DNA from: a virus
Direction: 5' to 3' (one strand)
Virus genome (UHGV): UHGV-0168042
DNA: 64,000 nt
Shown here: piece after piece, positions 19,052 to 28,825 of the stretch
How positions within the stretch are numbered: position 1 is the first letter of the stretch
How the letters are laid out: every line of letters begins with the position of its first letter
Notes under the pieces: generated by a model
The model's database searches: none
What the model saw: the letters and a program-made list of their open reading frames with translations, nothing else
Told to the model about the DNA's origin: nothing
Program-made: the position numbers and the translations under genes

Positions 19052-19359
19052 ACACAATTAAAGAAATGCCGGTAGAACGTGATGAATATGGCTGCTGGAC
19101 ACATCCGGAGTATGAAAAGTTTTGCGCAGGTCGTGAATATATATCCACTGAGGAATTTGACGCCTGGATGAAGGAAAATAATCTTCAGTGGACTATTCGC
19201 AGTATGGATGAAGATGATTTTGATCTGGACGCAGCTGGTCCCGATATTGCCGCCTGGGAACCGGAGCGACCAGAGGGTGAAGGCTGGTTTGTTGGCTCTA
19301 TTCATGACACTGAAGATGGTCCAGTTTGTATCTGGCTGCGGGAGAAGGTTGCCGCATGA
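19048..19359 (+). CDS. Hypothetical early protein
   Basis: 103-aa ORF; acidic. Confidence 0.35.
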   Translation: MNTIKEMPVERDEYGCWTHPEYEKFCAGREYISTEEFDAWMKENNLQWTIRSMDEDDFDLDAAGPDIAAWEPERPEGEGWFVGSIHDTEDGPVCIWLREKVAA

Positions 19360-20048
19360 TCCAGACTATGCATGAAGTGAATTTATATAGCCGTATTGAT
19401 GGTTCTGGCTACAGAAACATATGGGTTGTTGGTGATCTGCATGGTTGCTACACCAGACTGATGTCCGAACTCCATCGTGTGGATTTTGACCCGGCGCAGG
19501 ATTTACTGATATCGGTTGGCGACCTTATCGATCGCGGTACTGAAAATGTCGAATGTCTGGAACTATTGCAGATGCCCTGGTTCAGGGCAGTAATGGGGAA
19601 CCATGAGCGGTTGATGCTTGATGCGTTAAGTCCTGATGGCAACGTGAATAACTGGCTAATGAATGGCGGACAATGGTTCTTCATGCTGGGCACTGATCAG
19701 GAAATATTAGCCAAGGCGCTGGTGGAGCTGGTAAAGCGTCTGCCATATATCATTGAGTTGAACACCGGGCATGAAACTATCGTTATAGCCCATGCCGACT
19801 ATCCAGGTGGAGAGTACCAGTTCGGTAAGGATGTGTCGTTTTTTGATGTTGTCTGGTCGCGCAGTCGCGTCGGTGATTCGATAGATGGCATTGGTGGAGA
19901 AATCACAGGCGCAGATCGCTTTATCTTTGGGCACACACCGGTACGAAGACCAAAAGCATACTGGAATCAGCACTACATAGACACGGGCGCGGTTTTTTGC
20001 GGAAATCTGACGCTAATGCAGGTGAAGGGAGGGCAGCTTAAAGTCTGA
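19356..20048 (+). CDS. Serine/threonine protein phosphatase (lambda PPase / PrpA-like metallophosphatase)
   Basis: Start ATG overlapping upstream TGA; [20 protein letters not shown] metallophosphoesterase motifs. Confidence 0.75.
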   Translation: MIQTMHEVNLYSRIDGSGYRNIWVVGDLHGCYTRLMSELHRVDFDPAQDLLISVGDLIDRGTENVECLELLQMPWFRAVMGNHERLMLDALSPDGNVNNWLMNGGQWFFMLGTDQEILAKALVELVKRLPYIIELNTGHETIVIAHADYPGGEYQFGKDVSFFDVVWSRSRVGDSIDGIGGEITGADRFIFGHTPVRRPKAYWNQHYIDTGAVFCGNLTLMQVKGGQLKV

Positions 20049-20074
20049 TCAAATCATTTACGCACTCAAAATCA

Positions 20075-20104
20075 CGTTAGAACATTGATTTTAGTTTTCT
20101 AACA
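20075..20104. promoter_or_regulatory. Operator-like inverted repeat GTTAGA-N16-TCTAAC upstream of the 20147 operon
   Basis: CGTTAGAACATTGATTTTAGTTTTCTAACA, about 45-70 bp upstream of the ATG at 20147. Confidence 0.55.
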
Positions 20105-20146
20105 TATTATTTTACCGATCGGAACAAAACAGAGTCGGTATGCATT

Positions 20147-21142
20147 ATGAGTGCAATAATCACCCCATATGTCGTAAATGAAACTGGTGTGGCTGTCTTT
20201 CCTGTAGATAAGCCCACCAGCAATTACATCGGCGCAGGACGCCGTTTTCTTATATCCCCATTGCCGCGTGAACAGGCTGAAAACACCCCTGATGGTGTCG
20301 TTGACCTGAATTATTCACTGGTTGCCAACCAGTCACTGGCACCCTTTTTTCAAAGTGAGCGTGTATTTAACGCGTTAGGTGGTGAGGATTCTCTCGTTCA
20401 CTGGGTTAGCACCAACATTCACGATTGCCAGGCGCATGATAAGCGCGATTGCAGCCACCAGCTAACCACCCATTTCTATAACGGTTCTGCCGTTCGCCTG
20501 TGCTGGAAGCATGATGCGGAATACATGATGAAGGGATACGGCAAGCTGGAAGACCAACTGTCACGGAATCGCGCCAACTGGATTATGAACTGGGCTGCCA
20601 GCGAGTTAAAACTTCCGCCAGATCGCGATCTGAGCATGGTTGAACTCACCTTTTGGGCCATTCGCCGGAATCTTAAAGACGAACTGCCTGATGAAGCTGG
20701 TCGCATTGCATTTTGTCAGCCAAAAACTGAAATCCCTACCGGTACGCTGAAAGAATCAGATATCACCTGGGAGCACAGTACCCGCGAGCTGGTGGACATA
20801 ACCGCAGAGCAGATCGTCAACCTGTCTGTAGATGAGGATTCCGGCCTGCTTTATATGCGCCGACCAAAAGCGGTCCTCGGTAAAAGCCCGGCTTATCTCC
20901 GGTTTGTGGTTTCTCGTCCGTGCATCGGATGCGGTGGCAAAGTTAACCACCCGTTCATGTACCGCGCCCGCTCGTTAAACGAACACGACCGCTGGGCTGT
21001 TCCTCTTTGCGATGACTGCGCCAGAAGCGCAGAAAACGATGTTCGGGCATGGGAAAAAGCACATGGCATACGCCTTTACGTAGCCGCTAACCAGCTTTTT
21101 GACTTCGCCATCGAGCGCGGAGTGATCACGTTCAATAACTGA
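20147..21142 (+). CDS. DUF968-like protein with C-terminal Ref/HNH-like zinc motif
   Basis: 331 aa; C-terminal CIGCGGKVNHPF...NEHDRWAVPLCDDC resembles the Ref HNH-like motif. Confidence 0.45.
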   Translation: MSAIITPYVVNETGVAVFPVDKPTSNYIGAGRRFLISPLPREQAENTPDGVVDLNYSLVANQSLAPFFQSERVFNALGGEDSLVHWVSTNIHDCQAHDKRDCSHQLTTHFYNGSAVRLCWKHDAEYMMKGYGKLEDQLSRNRANWIMNWAASELKLPPDRDLSMVELTFWAIRRNLKDELPDEAGRIAFCQPKTEIPTGTLKESDITWEHSTRELVDITAEQIVNLSVDEDSGLLYMRRPKAVLGKSPAYLRFVVSRPCIGCGGKVNHPFMYRARSLNEHDRWAVPLCDDCARSAENDVRAWEKAHGIRLYVAANQLFDFAIERGVITFNN

Positions 21143-21158
21143 TGAGGTGGATCAAAAA

Positions 21159-21839
21159 ATGAAAGAACGCGGGATGATTTTTAACGATGAGATGGTCAGG
21201 GCCATCCTCGAAGGAAGGAAGACGCAGACTCGCCGACCTGTAAAAAATGTCAGGGCCGATAACTGCCTAGTTATCCGTAAACCGACAAAGAAACGCAATG
21301 GTGTCTATACCCACGTTATGGATGCACCTGAACATGGTTTATGCCCGTTCGGTAACGTTGGTGATCGCATATGGGTCCGTGAGGCGTGGGCGATATTAGG
21401 CAATGAGGATGGTTGCAGTGTGGACTGGAACGACAACCTTTGTCGTGGCGATGAGAAGAACGCAGCAAGGATTTATCGGGCCAGTTGTGAGCAAAAGCCT
21501 GGTGATTACGGTTTGTGGTCGATACCCGATGATGCCGACTGGAAACCTCACACTGTGAATGAAAAGTTTGATGGCGGGTGGCGTCCATCAATTCACATGC
21601 CGCGCTGGGCTTCGCGTATTTTGCTGGAAATTACCGACGTGCGTGTGGAACGGCTGCGTGATATGAGCGAGGCAGATGCTAAAGCAGAAGGCGCATCTCC
21701 GGCGATGTACAAAATTACGCCGCCGGAAGCTGTTTATCGCGTTGGTTTTGGTGACATCTGGCGCAGTATTTACGGGCAGGATAACTGGCTATCTAACCCG
21801 TGGGTATGGGTAATCGAGTTTAAGCGCGTTCAGGAATAA
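21159..21839 (+). CDS. ASCH-domain-like protein
   Basis: Preferred ATG start with GAGGTGG RBS; N-terminal MVRAILEGRKTQTRR fits the GxKxxExR ASCH signature loosely. Confidence 0.4.
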   Translation: MKERGMIFNDEMVRAILEGRKTQTRRPVKNVRADNCLVIRKPTKKRNGVYTHVMDAPEHGLCPFGNVGDRIWVREAWAILGNEDGCSVDWNDNLCRGDEKNAARIYRASCEQKPGDYGLWSIPDDADWKPHTVNEKFDGGWRPSIHMPRWASRILLEITDVRVERLRDMSEADAKAEGASPAMYKITPPEAVYRVGFGDIWRSIYGQDNWLSNPWVWVIEFKRVQE

Positions 21840-21842
21840 ACC

Positions 21843-22721
21843 GTGAGTATGCATCAAGTTGTCAGCTTTTCAGGTGGACGAACATCGGCTTATCTCGTTC
21901 ATCTGATGGAAGCACAGCGAAAAGCTGGCGCTAGCGTCCATTTCATTTTTATGGATACCGGCTGTGAACATCCTCTGACGTATCGCTTTATTCGTGAGGT
22001 TGTGAAGTTCTGGAATGTACCGCTAACGGTGTTGCAGGTCGATATAAATCCAGAACTTGGGCAGCCAAATGGTTATACGGAATGGGAACCAAAGGATATT
22101 CAGACGCGAATGCCGGTGCTTAAACCGTTTATGGACATGGTTAAAAAGTACGGTACGCCATACATCGGCGGCGCGTTCTGTACTGACAGGCTAAAACTAA
22201 CCCCTTTCACGAAATATTGCGATGACCATTTTGGGCGAGGGAATTACATCACATGGCTGGGTATTCGTGCGGACGAACCCCGTAGGCTGAAACCGAAACC
22301 GGGCGTCCGGTATCTTGCCGAGCTGTCAGATTTTGATAAGTCGGATGTTATCCGGTGGTGGCGAAAACAACCTTTTGATTTGCAAATCCCGGAGCACCTC
22401 GGGAACTGTGTTTTTTGCATCAAAAAGTCAACGCAAAAGCTGGGGCTTGCATGTAAAGACGAACCAGGTCTGATGCGGGTTTTTAATGAACTGGTTACAG
22501 GCAAACACGTCAGGGATGGTCATCGCAGAACAGATAAAGACGTTATGTACCGTGGTCACCTGACGCTTGACGGGATTGCCAGAATGTATGCCGACAGCGA
22601 CTACAGAAATTTGTATCAGGCGATGGTGCAGGCCAAGCGGTTTGATACTGGTTCGTGTTCCGAATCATGTGAAATCTGGGGTGACCAATTGGAGTTGAAA
22701 TTCGAAGAGGTAGTGGCATGA
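21843..22721 (+). CDS. PAPS reductase-like PP-loop ATP pyrophosphatase family protein
   Basis: 292 aa; N-terminal SFSGGRTS PP-loop (SGGxDS-type) motif. Confidence 0.65.
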   Translation: MSMHQVVSFSGGRTSAYLVHLMEAQRKAGASVHFIFMDTGCEHPLTYRFIREVVKFWNVPLTVLQVDINPELGQPNGYTEWEPKDIQTRMPVLKPFMDMVKKYGTPYIGGAFCTDRLKLTPFTKYCDDHFGRGNYITWLGIRADEPRRLKPKPGVRYLAELSDFDKSDVIRWWRKQPFDLQIPEHLGNCVFCIKKSTQKLGLACKDEPGLMRVFNELVTGKHVRDGHRRTDKDVMYRGHLTLDGIARMYADSDYRNLYQAMVQAKRFDTGSCSESCEIWGDQLELKFEEVVA

Positions 22722-23227
22722 CAAACAAAATTGACTATCAAAAGCTTCGTGAAATTGCTGAAAAAACAAAAATTGCTGGTGAAGCGCCTGTAATGCCTTT
22801 CGATCAGCGAATTAATGCGCTTAACGATTTTATGAAGCACTTTTCGCCAGATATCGCGTTGGCATTATTGGATGAAGTTAAACGCCTGGAGGACACAAAT
22901 ATTGATGCTATGTGTCGAATTGCAGAGCTTGAGACTAATCTCGCGGCGCTGGCAGCGGAGAATGAGCTGGCTCGTAAGGCAGTTCAGGCATTCTGCGATG
23001 TTGTTGGCGACAACACCGAGGTTATCGCTGAGGTGGTTGGGCGAGATGGCGTTCTGGTTATTTTGGAGGCCATGAAGGCAACAGGAAATATGCCAGCCAC
23101 CGATGCTTTCCTGGCTGAAGTACGGGCGCAGGGCGTGGAGATGTTTGCGGAGTGTGCATACACGCTTGAACATCATGATCACGCAGTAGCCTTCGCCGCT
23201 GAGCTTCGCAAAGGAGGCAACCAGTGA
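22718..23227 (+). CDS. Ead/Ea22-like family protein (paralog 4)
   Basis: 169 aa; KIDYQKLREIAEK N-terminus, AALAAENELARK, PATDAFLAEVRAQG, ends ELRKGGNQ. Confidence 0.5.
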   Translation: MTNKIDYQKLREIAEKTKIAGEAPVMPFDQRINALNDFMKHFSPDIALALLDEVKRLEDTNIDAMCRIAELETNLAALAAENELARKAVQAFCDVVGDNTEVIAEVVGRDGVLVILEAMKATGNMPATDAFLAEVRAQGVEMFAECAYTLEHHDHAVAFAAELRKGGNQ

Positions 23228-23919
23228 GCAAGATTGACTATCAAGAACTGCGCGAGGCGGCGGAGAAGGCTACGAAAGGTAAGTGGGCTGTTGAATTCGA
23301 CGATGAGATTTACTCCACTGACGGCATAAACCATGAGCAAATAGCTATGGTGTTCAGTGAAAACGAATCTCGTGATGCTGAATTCATCGCCGCAGCCAAT
23401 CCGGCTACCGTCTTGGCGCTGCTGGATGAACGGGAAAGAAACCAGCAATACATCAAACGCCGCGACCAGGAGAACGAGGATATTGCGCTAACGGTAGGGA
23501 AACTGCGTGTTGAGCTGGAAGGCAAAGACAGCAAAATAGCCAATCTTACCGCCGAACGCGATGCTCTTCGTGAAGGTGAGATGGGCGACGCTAGGCATAG
23601 CAACACACGGGCCGCAGCTGATATCTACTTCCAACTGGTCGAGGAGTGCGAAATTCCTGCTGGCGGATCTCTGGTCGAGTACGTTGACGATATGCGCGAG
23701 AAGCTGGAAGCCGCAGAGAAGCGCATTGCAGAGTTAGAAAGTGGTTCTCAGGCACAAAAGTTAGTTGAAGCAATCATTGTTGCGATAGAAAACGAACAGG
23801 AAAGGCTTTTTGATGAAGATTACCTAATGGATTCGAAAGAATGCATTGACGTAATTCGTGAAGAAGTAAAGCGATGGAATGATTCCCGCGCCGCTGGCAT
23901 TCGCATCAAAGGAGAGTGA
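23224..23919 (+). CDS. Ead/Ea22-like family protein (paralog 5)
   Basis: 231 aa; GTG start in conserved junction; MSKIDYQELREAAEKATKGKW. Confidence 0.5.
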   Translation: MSKIDYQELREAAEKATKGKWAVEFDDEIYSTDGINHEQIAMVFSENESRDAEFIAAANPATVLALLDERERNQQYIKRRDQENEDIALTVGKLRVELEGKDSKIANLTAERDALREGEMGDARHSNTRAAADIYFQLVEECEIPAGGSLVEYVDDMREKLEAAEKRIAELESGSQAQKLVEAIIVAIENEQERLFDEDYLMDSKECIDVIREEVKRWNDSRAAGIRIKGE

Positions 23920-23920
23920 T

Positions 23921-24184
23921 ATGGCAACTTTGACAAAAAAAGAACAAGCATGGTTGAGCGAATTACAGGACGTTCTTGATCGCTGCCCATCACCGAAAAA
24001 AATTGGTTTTTACACCATTGGCGATAAAAGCATTTACCTGTATGACCTGCGCCGCATGGATGAAATCATGGAGGCTCTTGATAATCGTTCGTCAATGGAT
24101 TGGTGTGTTGCTGTTCATGATATGAATGCCGGATTTGATGAAAAGATTTTATTCCCCTCATCAGTTGAAAGCACTGCGGGTTAA
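23921..24184 (+). CDS. Hypothetical early protein
   Basis: ATG preceded by AGGAG; 87 aa (MATLTKKEQAWLSEL...). Confidence 0.4.
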   Translation: MATLTKKEQAWLSELQDVLDRCPSPKKIGFYTIGDKSIYLYDLRRMDEIMEALDNRSSMDWCVAVHDMNAGFDEKILFPSSVESTAG

Positions 24185-24194
24185 GGAGTAACAC

Positions 24195-25385
24195 ATGACC
24201 ACTATTACCAAAGAACGTATTGAATTGTTCATTAAAAATCCGCTTGAAAACGGGCTTACCCGTGGTGAACAAATGGAACTGGCACGGATTGCGCTGGCAT
24301 CGCTGGAAGCAGATCCAGTTAAACGAGTTAACTCAGATCAGATGCGCCGAGTCTGCTTAGAAGCTAATCGCCATTTAGATAAATATGACGCGATGGCGAA
24401 AGAGGTAAATAAGTTGCTTGGCCGCATCGCCCCGCCAGCGCCGGTAGTGCCGGAAGAAATCAGTACGACCCACACAATGCTGCCCGCCATGAGTGATCAG
24501 TTGATGGCGTTCGGTTATGTGAAGGGGTGGAATGCCTGCCGCGCGGCTATGCTTCATGCCGGAAACTTTCGGAAAAACGCGAATTCGTCAACCAATAATT
24601 TTCGGGATATTGCGGAAACGTCAACCAACTCTCCGGTAATTCCTGGTGAGGTGTTGTCCGCAATCCTGAAGTTTGCCAGAGTTCGTGCTGATTTCGATGA
24701 TTTTGACGGCGACAGACGAGGTATCGGTGATTGTCTGGATGAGGCTGAGCAAGAGCTTATCGTTACCATTAACAAATATGCCAGCCAGTTGGCAGCAGAA
24801 CCGATAGCGACTAATGACGTTCGAGAGCAGCAGACAGCCGTTCCACCAATACAGGCTGATGTCGCACAAGCAATTGAAAATCTCAAGCAGAAGTTAGTGG
24901 AATGCAATCGCTATAACTACTGCGCAGATGCAGTTAAAGGCGTAGAGGATGCCTGCCGTGCTGTTAGCTATAGCCAAGCCGACAATCAACCAGCATCTGG
25001 CAACCAGGCTGCCGAATCCAATCGCGGTAATGAGTGGACCGGCAATCCTGATATTGATAACGCCATCATCATGCTCGACCGCATAGATACGCTGGAAAAT
25101 TGCGATGATGACCGTATTGAGGCTGTTAAGGCTGTTTTGCGCAGACTGGCTGTCAACTCTCCGGTAACTCCGGATGGCTGGATAAGCTGTAGTGAGCGAA
25201 TGCCGGATACCAAAACAGCCGTTCTTGTTGCCGTGGAGTTTGACAGGAAAGGTGACTGGCGAATGAAATGGGCGACTTACATCCCTGGTCATCCTGACGC
25301 TAATGATGGGTGGATAATTCCTGGTGCGTCGTGGAAACCGTCACACTGGATGCAGCTACCAGAACCGCCACAGGAGGCGAAATGA
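24195..25385 (+). CDS. DUF551-like C-terminal domain protein
   Basis: 396 aa; C-terminal GWISCSERMP...WATYIPGHPDANDGWIIPG...SHWMQLPEPP resembles DUF551. Confidence 0.45.
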   Translation: MTTITKERIELFIKNPLENGLTRGEQMELARIALASLEADPVKRVNSDQMRRVCLEANRHLDKYDAMAKEVNKLLGRIAPPAPVVPEEISTTHTMLPAMSDQLMAFGYVKGWNACRAAMLHAGNFRKNANSSTNNFRDIAETSTNSPVIPGEVLSAILKFARVRADFDDFDGDRRGIGDCLDEAEQELIVTINKYASQLAAEPIATNDVREQQTAVPPIQADVAQAIENLKQKLVECNRYNYCADAVKGVEDACRAVSYSQADNQPASGNQAAESNRGNEWTGNPDIDNAIIMLDRIDTLENCDDDRIEAVKAVLRRLAVNSPVTPDGWISCSERMPDTKTAVLVAVEFDRKGDWRMKWATYIPGHPDANDGWIIPGASWKPSHWMQLPEPPQEAK

Positions 25386-25642
25386 TGGATGTAAAAGAGA
25401 AGGTTTTGCAGGTGATGCGTTCCCGTGCTGCCCTACAAGAGAAAGCTCTCGGCGGTGAATATCCATTCACGATAGCAACCTGGAATCTGCGGTTGGCAAT
25501 GGAGAAGGAATTTCCTGATGAAGAATGGCGTTCGGCAGATTTGCGCAAAATTCTTATGGAGCTGGCTAAAGACGGAACAGTATCCAAAGATACCCATGCC
25601 AGCCGGATTGGTCAGGCGGTATGGAGACTGGAGGTGAGGTAA
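25382..25642 (+). CDS. Hypothetical early protein
   Basis: ATG overlapping upstream TGA (ATGA); 86 aa. Confidence 0.4.
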   Translation: MMDVKEKVLQVMRSRAALQEKALGGEYPFTIATWNLRLAMEKEFPDEEWRSADLRKILMELAKDGTVSKDTHASRIGQAVWRLEVR

Positions 25643-25923
25643 TGGCTAACCTGCAACTTGCCGTTAAAGGTGAATACTTCGATGCCATGATTCGAGGGGA
25701 GAAAACGGAAGAGTATCGCCTGTGTAATGACTACTGGAATAAGCGCCTCGTTAACCGTAAGTATGACCGCCTGATTATCACAAAGGGATATCCGAAGCGC
25801 GAAGACTTCAGTCGCAGAATTGACGTCCCGTATAACGGATATGAAATAAAAACAATCACACATCCGCACTTCGGTGATAAACCGGTAAAGGTGTTCGCGA
25901 TAAAAGTGAAGATTAATAGCTAA
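25642..25923 (+). CDS. ASCH-domain-like small protein
   Basis: Start overlaps upstream TAA; GEYFDAMIRGEKTEEYR contains GxKxxExR signature. Confidence 0.4.
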   Translation: MANLQLAVKGEYFDAMIRGEKTEEYRLCNDYWNKRLVNRKYDRLIITKGYPKREDFSRRIDVPYNGYEIKTITHPHFGDKPVKVFAIKVKINS

Positions 25924-25946
25924 ATTTCAATTAACACGGAGTAATT

Positions 25947-26240
25947 ATGTGGCGCGGTAATAATCATGGCGGAAGCCAGATGATACTTACCGAATATACT
26001 TTCGACCACAAAACCAATAAATCACGTTCAGTATATTTGCTTCGGCACAATAGCCGCGTAAGAAATACCGTGCTGGAGCAAAATCTGACCGTCGAAATGG
26101 ATAATTTAGGAAGCTTCAAGCCAACAATATCGCTTGATGATTTTCCGTGTGGTTTAAGCGAAAGAGAAGCAATGCTGAAATTAGCAGAATGGTTACAAAG
26201 ATTAAGCATTGCTATTGAAGATAACTGGATTCAACCATAA
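25947..26240 (+). CDS. Hypothetical protein
   Basis: 97-aa ORF; start uncertain. Confidence 0.3.
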   Translation: MWRGNNHGGSQMILTEYTFDHKTNKSRSVYLLRHNSRVRNTVLEQNLTVEMDNLGSFKPTISLDDFPCGLSEREAMLKLAEWLQRLSIAIEDNWIQP

Positions 26241-26264
26241 TGAAAAACAGAAAGAAAGATTGCT

Positions 26265-26474
26265 ATGGCAACATTTAGTAAATTCGCAGTAATTATTATT
26301 TTATTAATTCCCCTCACTGTTACAGCAGGGGAACAGCAACATTGCACAAAAGAGAATGAACACCCTTTCATCGTTATTCAATGCGATGACGGAACGGTGA
26401 CTGTGGTTAATGTAAGAAATGACCGTGTAGCTGTTTGCCGTAAAGGCGAACCATGCAAGGAAATAAAACTATGA
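26265..26474 (+). CDS. Small secreted Cys-containing protein
   Basis: 69 aa; MATFSKFAVIIILLIPLTVTA signal-like N-terminus; 5 Cys in mature part. Confidence 0.4.
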   Translation: MATFSKFAVIIILLIPLTVTAGEQQHCTKENEHPFIVIQCDDGTVTVVNVRNDRVAVCRKGEPCKEIKL

Positions 26475-27220
26475 CAAGAATCACTAAAGAGCGTATTTCA
26501 GATATTATTTCCCGTATCGAAATGTATGGTCACGGTGCTGGATACACAGCAGATGAAGTATTGGAGCTTGCCAAAATAGCTTTAGCGCCTTGCAAGGATG
26601 GTAAAGCTATGACACTGATTGACTTGTTAGTGAAGGAATTATCTAAGGGGCGTGGATGGCCTGATGGAAAAGATTTTTGCCATCTATCCATTACGATGCC
26701 AGGTAGTAGTCGCGCTACGGTTCTTTTTGGTACGCGCCATAAAAATTACCAATCATCAAAGAATTATTCCATTGATGGCATTATTTGCGATATCAGTGAC
26801 CTTGATCGCAGTGCGTTTACATCGGTTGTCACTCGTGAACAGTATGAAGCAGCTCGCATAGCGTCTCAGAAAGTCAAGTCTGAAAGTAAGGCTTACAAGT
26901 TAGATTTTGAGCAATGGCTGGAGCAGCAACGCGGGGAAATCGATGTGGACTGCGGTTGTGTGTCTGCGGAAACATTCATGCACTGGTTGCGGGTAGCTTA
27001 TGAGGCTGGGAACCATCCGGTTCTTCCGGATAGTTCCCAACAAGCGCCCAGGAAAAGCGTAAAAACCACTCTGGAAAGAGGCTATCTTGAGGCCGCATTA
27101 AAGATTAAGCCGGGCCATACGCTAGGCGTCATTGATGCCATGTTGGTTCATGAAATGGCTAAGGCTTTATTGCCGCTGGTGGCTGATAAACATGAGGCGG
27201 GCCATGCCAACGAAAGCTGA
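26471..27220 (+). CDS. Hypothetical early protein
   Basis: ATG overlapping upstream TGA; 249 aa. Confidence 0.45.
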   Translation: MTRITKERISDIISRIEMYGHGAGYTADEVLELAKIALAPCKDGKAMTLIDLLVKELSKGRGWPDGKDFCHLSITMPGSSRATVLFGTRHKNYQSSKNYSIDGIICDISDLDRSAFTSVVTREQYEAARIASQKVKSESKAYKLDFEQWLEQQRGEIDVDCGCVSAETFMHWLRVAYEAGNHPVLPDSSQQAPRKSVKTTLERGYLEAALKIKPGHTLGVIDAMLVHEMAKALLPLVADKHEAGHANES

Positions 27221-27488
27221 GTTACAGGCTCGCGTAGAGATTCTTGAAAAAGAAAATGCGAGTCTAAAAGGAATGCTGGCGCGGGCGGAAAGGGAATTAT
27301 CAGGCAAATTATTGCCAGAAGAGCTGCCACCAGCAGATATACCTGATCGAGTGTCCTGGTGGATGAAGTATTTCCGTGCACCGTGGGAGGCGTTTTGGTG
27401 CTACGACCATCGCAGATGGTGTGATGAGCTTGATAGCAGTTTCCCCTATTTTGCGGAAGGGAACTCTTGCCCTGAATGTAGGAGTTAA
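27204..27488 (+). CDS. Hypothetical coiled-coil protein with C-terminal Cys motif
   Basis: Start chosen at second in-frame ATG (MPTKAELQARVEILEKENASLK); ends ...EGNSCPECRS. Confidence 0.35.
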   Translation: MPTKAELQARVEILEKENASLKGMLARAERELSGKLLPEELPPADIPDRVSWWMKYFRAPWEAFWCYDHRRWCDELDSSFPYFAEGNSCPECRS

Positions 27489-27757
27489 TGATGACCGGCG
27501 AGCTTTATTTTAAAATGTTTCTCGTTAGGAGTGCAGTCAAAATTTTTGGGCAATACAGGATCGAGAGGAATGCGATTAGGCATAGCCAATTCCTTATTAA
27601 CTGATTGGCAACGAGGTTGCGCTGATCCGTTGGTGATGAATAGTAGCAAAGCGCACAAAATCATCTGCGGTGGTTGATGTACATAACGCGTTTGCACCAA
27701 AGGTGTCTCTTTAATGTATACTGTATAAATGAACAGTATTGTTGAGGTGAAAACGCT

Positions 27758-28147
27758 ATGGGCTTCCCTTCTCCTGCGGCGGATTATGTTGAAAGCAGAA
27801 TTTCTCTTGATCAGCAACTAATCAGGCATCCATCAGCGACATACTTCATGCGGGCGGCAGACAGCCATCACCGTGAGGGAATATTGCAGGGTGCTTTGCT
27901 GGTGGTTGATTCTTCGCTTACTCCAGTTGATGGTTCGCTGCTTGTGTGCGCTATGGAGGGTGAATATCGCATAAAGAGATACAGGAAGTATCCGCGCCAG
28001 CACCTGGAGGATTTAAGCACCGGGAAGAAAGAGGCGTTACCAGTAGATGACGATGGATGCACGGGAAGTAATGCTGTTTTTGGTGTGATCACTCATGTCA
28101 TCAATGATGCCCGAAGTGGGGAGTTTGATGATTGTCCGGTTATTTAA
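27758..28147 (+). CDS. humD: UmuD'-like S24 peptidase-domain protein (P1 HumD-like)
   Basis: 129 aa; DYVESRISLDQQLI...SATYFMRA...GALLVVDSSL...EGEYRIKRY resembles the LexA/UmuD C-terminal domain; sits immediately upstream of phd-doc. Confidence 0.6.
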   Translation: MGFPSPAADYVESRISLDQQLIRHPSATYFMRAADSHHREGILQGALLVVDSSLTPVDGSLLVCAMEGEYRIKRYRKYPRQHLEDLSTGKKEALPVDDDGCTGSNAVFGVITHVINDARSGEFDDCPVI

Positions 28148-28219
28148 GCTGCAAAGTGCTGGTGCTTTATGCCTGTGAGGTTTATAATTGTGTACACATA
28201 ATGAGTACACGAGGTGTTT

Positions 28220-28441
28220 ATGCAATCCATTAACTTCCGTACCGCGCGCGGCAACTTTTCTGAAGTGCTCAACAATGTTGAAGCCGGGGAAGAGGTTGAA
28301 ATCACCCGCAGAGGCCGTGAGCCAGCAGTAATTGTCAGCAAGGCTACTTTCGAAGCCTACAAAAAAGCGGCGCTGGATGCTGAATTTGCATCCCTGTTTG
28401 ACACCCTGGACTCCACCAACAAGGAACTGGTTAACCGATAA
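28220..28441 (+). CDS. phd: Phd antitoxin (Phd/YefM family)
   Basis: [61 protein letters not shown] matches P1 Phd as recalled; GAGGTG RBS. Confidence 0.85.
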   Translation: MQSINFRTARGNFSEVLNNVEAGEEVEITRRGREPAVIVSKATFEAYKKAALDAEFASLFDTLDSTNKELVNR

Positions 28442-28821
28442 TGAGGCATATATCACCGGAAGAACTTATTGCGCTTCATGATGCGAATATAAACCGCTAC
28501 GGCGGCCTGCCGGGAATGTCTGATCCGGGTAGGGCAGAGGCCATTATCGGGAGAGTTCAGGCCAGAGTTGCCTACGAAGAGATCACCGACCTTTTCGAAG
28601 TCTCCGCCACCTACCTGGTGGCTACAGCGAGAGGGCATATATTCAATGATGCCAATAAGCGTACCGCGCTAAACAGTGCGCTGCTATTTCTACGCCGTAA
28701 CGGGGTGCAGGTATTTGATTCACCTGAACTGGCAGACCTTACCGTAGGGACTGCGACTGGCGAGATATCTGTATCTACTGTCGCCGCCACGTTACGTAGA
28801 TTGTATGGTTCTGCGGAGTAG
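28441..28821 (+). CDS. doc: Doc toxin (Fic-fold kinase, death on curing)
   Basis: 126 aa; start overlaps phd stop; [40 protein letters not shown]... matches P1 Doc as recalled. Confidence 0.85.
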
Positions 28822-28825
28822 ATTA

